64,000 nucleotides of DNA from Podarcis liolepis (taxonomy: Eukaryota), in NCBI GenBank assembly GCA_965112155.1, contig OZ218102.1, one strand, 5' to 3'. The notes under the pieces are model-generated. The model had not been told where the DNA came from. It searched no databases and saw nothing but the letters and a program-made list of their open reading frames with translations. How positions within the stretch are numbered: position 1 is the first letter of the stretch; each line of letters begins with the position of its first letter. Position numbers and translations under genes: made by a program. Of the stretch, positions 22,301 to 34,300 are shown in pieces.

Positions 22301-25300
22301 GGGGTTGAGCAACTTATGATCCTCCGGATGTTTTTGGACTTCCATCTCCCAACTCACGCCCCAGCCAATATGGCCAATGGTCAGGAATAATGGAAGTTGT
22401 GGTACATCTGGAGGGCCACAGGTTTCCCAACCCTGACTTACTCCAGCACTAATCTATATAAAAAGCCCAGGAAGTACGTCAGCCAAATGGTACCTTGTTT
22501 TGAGTCTGGGTTCCGTTCTGGAGCCCCAGATGCTCAATGAAAGGGACACTCGACAAAGCACTGCTCTGTGCATGCGTGCGGAGTGGTTTGCGCTTCTGCG
22601 CATGTGGCAAACCCAGAAGTAACCCGTTCCGGTACTTCCGGGTTTGGCACGGACATTTGCCGAAATGGACAGTAGACGGAGCGGACGTTCGTGGAGGTAT
22701 TACTGTATTTGTTAGGCAGGATAGCTCAGTTGGTTAGAGCATGGTGCTGATAATGCTAAGGTTGCATTGCAGGGGGTTGGACTTGATGATCCTCAGGGTC
22801 CCTTCCAACTCTACAATTCTAAGTGTTAGCCTTCTCTTCTCAGGCAACTGACCAAGGCAAAGGAGCCACTGGATTCTGCTAGCTGAGACTTAAAATGCTT
22901 TGTAGGGTTGAAGCTGCTACGAGACTTAAAGTACTTAAATAATTATAAAGCCTTAAGTAGCTGGGCTGGAGGAAGTTTAAGGTGAAACATATGCACAAGA
23001 ACCAGGCTTTGATTTCATTAGTTGTGTGCAAGAAAAGAAAGAGACAAATTACTCGCTAAGTTTGCCAGCCAGTTCTTGGAGAGCTTCTTCTTGATCATGG
23101 CATAGATTTTTCAACTGCTTGTTCTTTTCTTGTAATTTTAGGAACTCCTGAAAGACAAAGAAAACATTAGCACTGTCATTAGCTTCTCAGAAGTGTTGTA
23201 AAACATTTCTATTTGGGCTGGCTTTTAAAACTGGAATTAATTACATCAGGGATGGGCAACCTGTGGCATTTTAGTTGTTGTTGGGCTCCCAGCTCCCATC
23301 AGCTCCAACCACCATAGCCAAAAGACAGGGATTACAGTTATTTTAGTCTAAGGGTGCTGACATACAGGAAGCTGAGCTACATAGGAATCATGCTCCCATT
23401 GTCATACAAGCTTGTCCAAGATTAGGGGGAAACATTCTGCTCAGTTTGTAGCAGAAACAGGCTGAATACACTGTGCTGATTGTTAGTGTTTGTAACGTTA
23501 CAAACTCACTCATCCTACTGCCGGAGCAGTGTTGCAACACTTTTTAAACTTGGTTTTATGTAGTGGTAGGAATGCAAAAACGAATGTTTAAATTAAAAAA
23601 GCTTTCATGCTGTGCTTGATGAGGGAGTAGGGGAGAGGAAAGAGAGTTGCCCTGAAGACTGGGAGGAGCAGGGAAGAAAAAATACACTTGGAATCGGCAT
23701 TTGATTTGTTGACAGGTACATTTGTTGAAAGCATTTGCGAAGGCAGGGGAAGTTAGGCTCATTCTGTGTGAGAAAAGCACCATGGTGAATCCTGTTTAAA
23801 AGTACATCTGTATATACCAAGCGTTCTAATGGGTAGGTCTAGCAAATGGCTTTAACAAATTTTGGTTTCCCCATTCTTGGGATGCAATAAGATTTGAATT
23901 CAACGAAATACGTTTCATATGCAAGTCTCAACTGATACAATCTTAAAACCTCTTTAGTCCACTGTATATCACAGTGGCTTTGGATATAGCAATAGCTGAG
24001 CAAACAAGAAGTATAATTTACCCTTCCTGTTCACCATGCTTCCTTGTAATCTGAGTGTATGGGATGGCTTATTTATCTCCTGTAATGATAATGATCTCTT
24101 AAGACCAACCAACAGTACTTCTACCTCGGAAGAAAGAACCTCCAGATCTCTGAGCACTTGCATACAGCTTCATGGGATAAGTACAGCTTACATAATCAGT
24201 AAAATTTTATGAAGTTTGCTGCAGAATTTACTTTTTTAAGAGTAATGATTTGTTGGGTCTCTGTCTTCAAGGAAGACGATGTTTCTTTTTCCCTTTTAAG
24301 GTCTTCTTCCATAGTTTGTCGCCATTCTCTTTCTATTTTCAAATCTGTTTCCAGCTGGCCACTAGAAATACAGAATATAAAAAAGTAATTCAAACAATTA
24401 TACGTTTTAATTGACCTACTGCAATTGCACAACTATGAAATAATTAGTACAATGTATATAATTCAACACTGTAAACATTTTACACGTGCTAATTATAATA
24501 AAGATTTACTTATTGCCTTTTAAAATGTTTTATATTATTCTGTGTAGAAGACTTCTGCAAAAATAAGTGATAGGAAAAAATAAGCAAATTAACTATTATT
24601 TGACAGGAAGGTTATGAAGAAGGCAATCTTAAAATCTGATTCAAACTTCACCAAGATTCATTGATCCCTCCCAATCTCCCTTTGGAACCAGGTTAAAAGC
24701 ATTTAACAGAATTTAACAGAATGCTTTCAGAATAAGGATAAGATGGTTCTGTTCTTCTTTATGATCTAGATATCTATCTACTATCTGACTGGTGTTGTTT
24801 TAAGGTGGTGGTATATTTTATTATATTGCAAGCAGCTTTGGGTAAAAACAGCAGGATATACATTTTAAAAAATAAAATAAATACATAAATCCAGCTCTAA
24901 TTACCTTAAACGGGTACTGTGATGGGAGAGAGCTGCATCTAGCCCTCAAGGAGTGCACACAGTTGCTCAAGGGTCAAACTAGATAATATGTGAAATGTGT
25001 AACTGCATTTCATGCATTGTTGTTGTTTTTAATAGCCATGATAAGCCCAATCCAGGTCAGGACTACTGTGTTGCTACTGTATTACAGATATGTAAAGTGC
25101 AATTGCCTATGTCATGTACTGAGCAGTTTGGCCCTAACAATGGCCAATTGTTAGGCAAGTTAGCAGATGAGCACTGCTCCCCAAATGAGAACACTCAGTC
25201 CTGGACGAGGCCCAGGCACTCCCACACCTTCTAGGACTTTTTATTTCTGGTTTGGAGCAAGCTATGCTCCAAACCAGAAAACGATGTTTTCAAGAGCAGA

Positions 25301-28300
25301 AAAATATTAATAGGACAGCCCTTGTGAGTATGCATATCAGGGCAACATTTCCCCAAAGTTAAACTAGTTTCCTGAGCTCAAAGCAGCAAGATATTAAAAG
25401 CATACCCAAAACGGCGTTCTCCTGTGCCGTACGGCAAACTTAGGGGAATTTCAAAAGGAGATTGCAATGGGGCAACAGGTTCAGCTGTTCAAATAAAGTC
25501 CACTTGGCTTGCTCAAACACCTTGCATGAGCCTAAACAGGTATTTGAATCCCAGCACAGAAGTTCTGCATTCTATGAAACTACTAGATCAGGCAGATGAA
25601 TTTACGATCAGCTTACTTAGTCTGTTCTTCCAACATGCACCATATAGCCATTCTGTGGTGACACATGCAGCTCTAAAACTTCTGATCTGTAATTCATCTG
25701 GATTTAGCTTTCCACTTTAATGACATTCAAAAGGGGAGGGGACACACATGTTAGAATATATGCTATCTTCTCCCCCACAAATACTTTACTTACACTTGCT
25801 TTTCCTTTTGAGTAATATCTTTCTGCAGACTTTCAGATTTACTCATATAGTCTTGCTTAAATTTCTTGTCTTCACTCTCTGCCTCCATTTGAGCCTTCTC
25901 TGCTTGTTGTAATCTGGTGTAATTCAAATCAACTTTGGGTAAAACTGAAGCTAGAATTTGGGTGTAAAGGATGAAGAAGACAAATAAAAGGAAAAAAATG
26001 GGGAAATAGAAACATTTCTAAATGAAAACAAAGCTTGGGGTAAACTCACAAACTCAAATGAGAGACCCAGACAATGCCAAGAAATCCAAATTCTTTTTCT
26101 CACTACAATAATATTTTAAAAATCCATATTTATCCAATGTTTTTATTTAGTATTCATGATTAACAGATGCCATCAATGCAGAGCCATACAGATTTTTTAT
26201 TCATACATACAGAGCTGTGACTGTGACTTTGTGTGTTTTTACATGAATTCTTTTTAAAAAAATTTAAAAATCCCAAACCCTGTAAACTAACTGTTCCTTA
26301 ACTACACAAATCTATCAACACTACAAAATGGGAAAACCAGTGCACTAAATGGTCTGATATAATTCAGAACACAAAGAAGAGTATTGAAATCAAGGTGGCA
26401 CAAGCAGTGCCATGTTAAATCAACACAACACACACCAAATAATGTAACTGTGTGTCTACTATGGTGTGAATGGTGTAAATGAGAGCATGTAAATAATCTA
26501 AGTACTTGCTCCCAATATGGCAGGTTTTGGGGTGGTGTCTGGATTGGTGATGGGTGTAATGCAATTTGTTTCTTGAGCTCCCACACCTGTTAAGGTGTGC
26601 TTTTGTTCATTTCCACAGAAGAGGATGCTACATCAGAAAGGCCAAATGTGGCTATAATTCACCAAGTACTATTTGTTGTGCACTCTCCATTTATTACAGT
26701 AGAGTTTGTGCAAATCTAAGTATGCTATGGTAAGATATTCAAAATGGACAAAATATCAGGCCTTAAAAAAATAGTTCTGTGTAACTCAAAAGATTGTCAC
26801 TTTATTTTGCTAGTATCTGAACCATTCTGCATCTAATCTTCAAACTTCACCAAACATAGAATAAAAAGCATGCTAGCTGAAATTAAAGTAGATTTCTATT
26901 TAACATTTCAAAAGTTGTAACATCGCAATATCTTTTTTTTAAAAAAGTTACTTCCAATTGGCAACTAACAAAATACGTTGGTGAGTTCAGTGTCAGAGAT
27001 CTATGTTAAAACATTGACCAATTTGAATGCCAAAATTATTTTGCTACATTTAGAGCCTGATCCATAAACTATTTAAGCCAAAATACATGGGCAAATAGGC
27101 TTAAAAGCAAGGTTAAAAAAAATCCTACAAATTTTACTCCATTAAACTATTCCAAGACACATGGAGGATCTTTCAAAATGATATATCTTTAACAAGCTTG
27201 TACTGATGCTGCCCTTCATTGCTGGCACATTTCACTAAGGACATTGCAATAGTCCTGGTTTGCGTTAACAATTCTTTGTCACTTCAGATGTGCAATGGAT
27301 AAAAAATTAAAGACAAATAAAGGTAACAAAATATTCAGAAACACAGAAGTTGGGATAAAGGAGAAAAGAAAAAGAAAAAGAGGAAGAAGGATGTCAATAA
27401 AAGAATATTCATGCCACTAACGTTTTAATACATAATTATGTTTTGTTTGTTTGTTAAGTAGACTGAAAAGAAAAACAATGGCAAGACATGTCAACAGCCA
27501 CATGATGAGGCTATGAATGTTAACAACATCTGAGATTCAACATTGCTCAAACAGGTGCCTGTTTGTGCAGTGGGCAGCTTCTTCCTGTCCTGCCCCCTGA
27601 GGTCCTCCGTTTGCCCCATAAATATACTCTGGAGGAGTGGAGGATCACACAAAGCAGATTTGGGGTGGGAAAGGGGGAGCTGGAGAGGGGAGAAAAGTAA
27701 CTGGAAGTCCCATTGTACAAGCAGTAGATGTCACCCATTAAAAAAAAAAATTAAGAGAAGTAAAGCATGTAAACATACTTCTGTATTCATAATAAATGAC
27801 CTACATGTTACATGCCATTTTTTTAGTATACATATATATATATATAGCCTCAGAGTTACTTTAGAAGCATCCATTTTCTCATGCACCATCTACAAGACTT
27901 TTTACTTCTTTTTATTTTAAAAAATGACAATATCACAAACTGCTTTTGAAACTCTCTTTTTGTTTCAAAAGGTGATTTCCTGAGCTGGGGAAGGAGAAGA
28001 TGCTGCTGAAGACATACAACACTTCTCCCCCCGCCCCCACAAAAAGTTCCCAGCTATTGAGGACATGAAGGTAGTTTCAGGATTCTCTGGGACTCGACCC
28101 TACACACTTACACTCAGAATGGAAGAATGTTCTCAATTTAAATGGAAGAGTATTTCCAAATGATTTTTCTCCAATTGAATATATGGGCCAACAAATAATT
28201 CTAAGAGTCTGCACACATCAAGTGCCTAACTAGATGAGACAAAAGAATATCTGAACCAAAATCCTGTTTTGTTTTATGTGTGCAGTGTTAAGTTTTAAAG

Positions 28301-31300
28301 CACCCATGGAGGTGAAATGGCTGTGGCACTGGAGGAAGCAAATTATTCCACTACATGATTTGTCCAACCTAAATCCCCTCAAGTATATTTTTCTTGTTAC
28401 ACACTGCCTTGCAGGACATCTTTATGAGAGAAAATTGCTAAGGAGTAAATCCTACACAAATTTGGAGTAGTCCCTAAGACAGTGGGATGGAGCCTTGCAT
28501 GCCTCCTTCCAGCAATTCCTGTAGCATATCTGGTGCAAAACGTATTGCTCTGCTGTCCTTTGGGCCACATTAGCGAGGCTGTCTGGCCATCCCAGGATCT
28601 CCATATACACTGCCCAGGCCTGCATCCCACAAGTGTCACTTTGGTGCTGCAAGAACACAGCAAGAACATGGGAGGCAGCAGTTACAATTTACTGGTCTCT
28701 GCAGTCACAGCAGGCACTGCGATTCTCCAGCAGTTTGACTTCACCTCTCATGAGACAGACAGATGCCAACAAATATTTTTATTGGCGTGCAAAAACCTTT
28801 CAGAAGGTTAGATCAAGAAAACAGTGTGAAGGAAAGCTTTTTTTAAGATCTTCAAGGGCACAGCACCAAACACATTATCAGCACCACTACAGTTCTCAAA
28901 TTGCAGGGGGTCAGAGGGGGCCTGCCCTTTTCCTTGCCTTTTTGTGATGGTTTCCATACTACTGTTTTTGGAAGGCTGCAGACAGCACCATTTTGCAAAT
29001 CTGGAGTGAGGACATGGGATGGGGTTTGTGAATTGGCTTGGGGTCCCCTCTGCCTTCCTTATCCCTAAGCTGAGCATGGTCCCTAACGCTACTTTTAAAA
29101 GACAATTCAATCACAGATCTCCTATTGTCTCAACTAGTTTAACATTTAACTTCAAATGTATGAGTAAGAAATCAGAAAAGTTACTTTAGTCAATTGGGAC
29201 TTTTCTGGATAGATGTAATATGCGACGGGGGGTGGGGGTGGAAATTCTGAAACAGCTAGCAAGGAGTCAAATAGGATATCTCAGGCACAAAAAAATAAGG
29301 GAATTGAAATATGCATTCAAAGCACCTAAAAACAGCGTAAGAAACACACATTTTGATCCTTCAAAACAAAGTCATATCTCAGTGCCTACTATATGAGAAT
29401 GTGGCAACTGAAGCAAAAGAAATGAGTCTGAGGGGGAGTGGAGAAGCAGAATAAAAGAAGATGCTGTACCTTTGCTCCAACTGCTTCATAGTTGCTGTAA
29501 TCTGATTGGTTTTATCTTCAAGTCTGCCAATGATTTCGTTCTTTTCTTTCAGCGCATCATCTGAAACCTATGATATAAGAGTGATTATTATATTGCAACA
29601 CTATATAACTTGAGTATTAACAAGCGAGTAATAATAAAATCTACAGTCTGGATGTGTAGGTTTTTTTTCTTCCTTTCCTCTCCATTCGAAATTGCTCCCT
29701 CTTGCCCAGCCTTGGACAGTAAACTCTCTAAAGTAACCCTCCCCACACTGCTAGTGCTGTATTGATGTGCAACAGCAGTAGTAGGAACTTACTTTCAGGT
29801 AAGCAGCCCAATCTTCAGAAGAAGGAAATTGACAATAAGTTTAACTTTCTAAATTTCCCTTTTTCTTATACCCCCCAAGGGCTACTAAAAGGAGAACAAG
29901 TGGAACTTTAAAAGCAATTTGGTGGTGGGTGGCTTGTGGCTAAAACCACTATTGCCTTCCTTTCTAATTTATGAGGTAGAAACAATCAGAGATGATGGAA
30001 GTCTTTCCCCTCAGTAAGCTTATTAAGTTGGCTCTGTCTCCTGGTCTGAAGCAAATGAGGCTGACATGCAACAGTGCATGAGTGGGTTGCCACCGACAAA
30101 ATGGGATTGCCCCTTCTTCCCCATTGCAACCTCTGTTCTCCTGAGGAGGGACTCCCAAACCTCAGGAGCAGTTTGTGGGATCATGCAAGGGGCAGGAGAG
30201 TACATTATGTTATATGAGTGAGAGCCTGCAGTTGCTGGCAGGCTGACAACAGAGGATATCAGCCAAAGCCTCCTCATCCTGATGGTCACCTTGCTCCTAT
30301 GCTGAGAATGCAGCTGTAAGAATAACTATCATCCGTTGATATTCAAAGCTAGTTCTCAAAAGGACAGGTGGGCCTCCCTAGAGGGGGAAAGAGTATTGCT
30401 TAAAAATTGTATTTCGTTTAGCTTCCAGTTGCAAACAGTAAAATGTTCTTACTTGTAGCTTTTTGTACATTTCTACATTTATTCCTTTGACTTCCTCCAA
30501 CTGTTGCCGCAGACTTATAAGAGTGTCTTGTTTTTCATGTATATCCTTCTCCAACAACTTCATTGCAAGTTCTATCTCATGCTTCATACCAACTTGAACC
30601 ATCAGCTCATTCTCTATATCCTACAAAATACAAAGAAGTGCACAGATATCAAATGCATTAAGGTGGGAAAATATGGGGATAGAAGACAAGCCAGCTTACA
30701 TGCCTCTGGATATACAAGTTCCCACTGCCACCATAGCATATCTGATATACACTCACTTGTCTCAACTGTGATTCTTCTCGAAGCTGCCTGTGTGCTTCAT
30801 TGTACATGTCATCCAGGCTTTGTCTGGAGTGCTTGTATGTCTGAAGTTCTGCTTCAGCATCCACTTTGTTCACCTACAAGTAAGGAATTCATACTTAGAT
30901 CACTTTCCCCAAGAGCATATCTTCATGCGGGGGAAACAGACAAGGGTATTGTATAATGACACTCTCTGACTCAGTAAAACACAGTAAGCTGTAAATGTCC
31001 CATCTCGTGTTGACAGAATCAGTGCTCTCTGAAATGCCACATATTACATGGAGCCAAACCCAAATTTTACAAGCTTGTGCTTCACCGGCAGCTGCAGTCA
31101 ATTTTGGCTCTCTAAAGATGAAGAGTATGTCTATATGACACACAAGCTTCTGAAGATCTGTTAATCTCATTCTTCTTTTTACATTTTGAGGTGCACACTT
31201 AAAAACAAAATGTAGCCACACACCTAAAAACAGTAATGTGTTAGCCCTCATTGAGTTATTTTGCAGCATTTTTTTCCTAAATATGTTTGTATTTCTGTAA

Positions 31301-34300
31301 GCCTTGGGGTTCCCCCAAGCCTACTGATACCTCCCTCCTGTGTGGTGGTGATGCTGTTTCAACTATATAAGCAAAGGAACTCACAGCTGGAACACCAGTA
31401 ATTGAACAAGTAGGATCTGAAACAAAATGTCTGAGTGGAATGTTCCTGTTCAGGTTTCCAACCACTCCATTCTATCTCCTCCCACTTTTCTATTACGCCC
31501 TGAAAGTCAACATTCTGTACTCACTAAGCATGCTCAGTTCTTCTTGGAGTCCACCCCCCTACCCAACTTAAGGTTCCTCCCTCCAAAGCTTTTTCAAATC
31601 ATTGGTTTCCCCTTAGCCTAGTGAGGCCATTTTGGCCACATAAGGACAGGCACTCAGACAATGAGTTTGCTATTTGTATTTATGATAGGATCCTCTAGTA
31701 TGTCAAATAGCCCAAGACTGTGCAACATGCCAGAATTTAGTGCTGATTCTGCAATGGCTGTGTTGCTACCTACTCTTTGATAGGACACTCACCTATCATA
31801 TTTTACTTGAGCCAGTTTAGAGAGAGCACATGCACACAAAAAAGCAAAGGCCACCTCTTTACTAATATTGCTTTGTACCGTGTATTATATTTCCTTTGTA
31901 AATAGAACTCTCATACCTCTAGATGATGCTGTGTTTTCATTAAAATGAGTGTATTTTCACTTCGCAAGTGATGATTTTCTTCTTGAAGTTTAATTATATT
32001 ATTTTTGGCTATTGCTAACTAAGAAAGAAGTGGAACAAAAAAGCAAAAAGATTCAGGTGAACAATAATAGGAAAACAAAAATATTTCAACACACACAGGC
32101 AGAACAGAAAGATAGTATTGGTCATATGCATTGCTAAAAGTCCGTACCTCTTCAATTAGTTTAGTGTTTGACTTCTCTAGCGAATCAACGCGTGTATGGA
32201 GACTGCTGACTGTGCTACTGAAAACAGTAAAGAGAACCTCATTCAAAATTACACATCAAATCCTACAAGTACAAATAGTACTATGCAATTTACATAACAT
32301 TCTAGTGCCTGTTTGGGTGTCCACTGATCAATGGAGTTGGAAAACACATCTTCCACCATACATCTTTCAAGAAGAGAAGTGCACTAGCTTTATTTTATTG
32401 CCATCATCATATTTTTGTTCCTTGAAATGACATTTGCTATCACTTTAAATGCCCATTATGGAACTGCTAACTTTCATTCTTTCTTTCAGCTCTCATGAGT
32501 CAGGAAATTTCTATTTTTTGCTGCTGTTCTTTAGAGAAGTCCTCAGCACCACCTCATCCCAGTGGCTCTAGCAGCCTTTTCTTATAACCTAATAACAAGC
32601 CCATGCCATTCTAAGAACAAATATTTAAAGTCTTAATAGTAAAATTCTGCACACATGTTAACATTGCTCTTTTGCACTGCAGTCCTAATTTTAGTTTTTT
32701 AATTTTATAATTAAATCCCATGGAGTTCAATGGGACAAGGGCAGTGCTATATGCTATGATTTTTGCAGAAAACATCAGTGTTATACTGGTGATTTCAAGC
32801 CAAAGACAAAAAGTATGAATGGAAAATATGCATGAACATACAACTTTAAACATCCATGTACACATACATAAAAGAGAAACATACATGGGTGTTTGAAAAA
32901 GTATGCTTGCATATAGTTTGCATTTGCATGTTACATCCTTCCTGTGCAAAATACCAGTTTAACACAAATGATTCCCACAATAGTTGGAAATTACAGCAAT
33001 ATCCTTACTTCCAAGAAAATATGTTTAGGATTGCAATCTTAGTCCCCTTCATAAAGAACAGCAAGACTGAAAGTATCAAATTTCAGGATTTGTACCATGA
33101 TAATTTGAATAATAAACTCCTCTTACTTTGCCCACATTTAAAAGAATAGCCTATTTAACAGACAAAACACTTGAAACATTAGTCTTCCAACAGCTTCATT
33201 CATTCTAGACTCCCTTTCAGTAGCTATATGATGCAACCATTAAACTAAGCCAAATGCAACTAAAAGGATTTCAGTGCCATCTACTGTACCAGAAAAGGCA
33301 TGTTTTTATTGGAATTACTTTTTTAAAAGATGATGCCTCTATATGGATTCAACAGATGCTTCTGTAAATACTTACTTCAGCTGCCTGTTTAGTTCTTCAA
33401 CATAATTCTTTTGATCCAATATAGCAGCAATATGGTCATTTCTAAAGTGATGAAAACGTATTTAATTAGACATTTATCTGACACCATATATGCAGGGGTG
33501 GAGGAAGGGGGGTGCAGTGGGGGTGGGGCACCCTGGGTGTCACCACTGAGAGGGGTGACAAAATGCCAGGCAGCACTCACTGCGGCGCCTGCAGTGCGCC
33601 CGAGCCACACGTCTCTCCTAGGAGTGATGCGGTGGCTTGGGCACCCGCAGGCTCCGCACTGCCCCAAATGGTCCGCCCACTGTCTCCCCCTCAGTTGTAG
33701 GGCAGCTGAGTGGGAGGAGGCATCAACAATACAGAACAACAACCCCCCGTGTTGCAAACTTAACACAACAAACAATACAAGCAACACGCAGGCCAGTATA
33801 CTAGATAGCACTGTAATTCTTATTGCATAATATACATGATTTAGTAACAAAAACAAAATGTGTGCACTTGTAAATTCTCTAATATATTTGAAATCAATTG
33901 AATACATGTCTGTCAATCTTTGAAAGCTCGTAGAAGTATAATAAGTCTATGGTTGAAACAAAGTAATAGATGCTATCCTGTGGGCTAAGCGGTAAGACTT
34001 TTTAGGTGAAATTCCAAATGAAAAATTGGGGCCACACTATAGGTGCACTCCTGATTCTTCTTTCCAGCCACTGCTTGAATTTGGCGCTTTTTCCTGTCGC
34101 TCTGCACAGCAACAGAAAAAGGCACCACACTAAAGCTAGAGAAGAAGAATCCAGAGTGTGTCCCTGATGTCATACGACATCCTTACGCACCTGTCAACAT
34201 GGCTGTGGAGGGTGGGCCAGTTCTTCATCTATCCCCTTGGCCAGATCCACTTTCCTATCTCTGACAGGAGGAGAAATGGCAAAACAAATAAGGAAAGAAA

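Noticed and set aside
22715-22766. Possible tRNA-Ile(GAT) gene
   Set aside because: Lacks the T arm and 3' acceptor strand and is fused to a CR1 tail, so it is a SINE head.
27779-27800. Candidate 22-nt RUFY2 microexon (TAG|...|GTATGT) upstream of the alternative last exon
   Set aside because: Not frame-preserving and lacks a polypyrimidine tract; no supporting homology.
33389-33916. 175-aa and 139-aa ORFs
   Set aside because: They arise from a GC-rich repeat fragment and overlap RUFY2 exon 7 out of frame or antisense.
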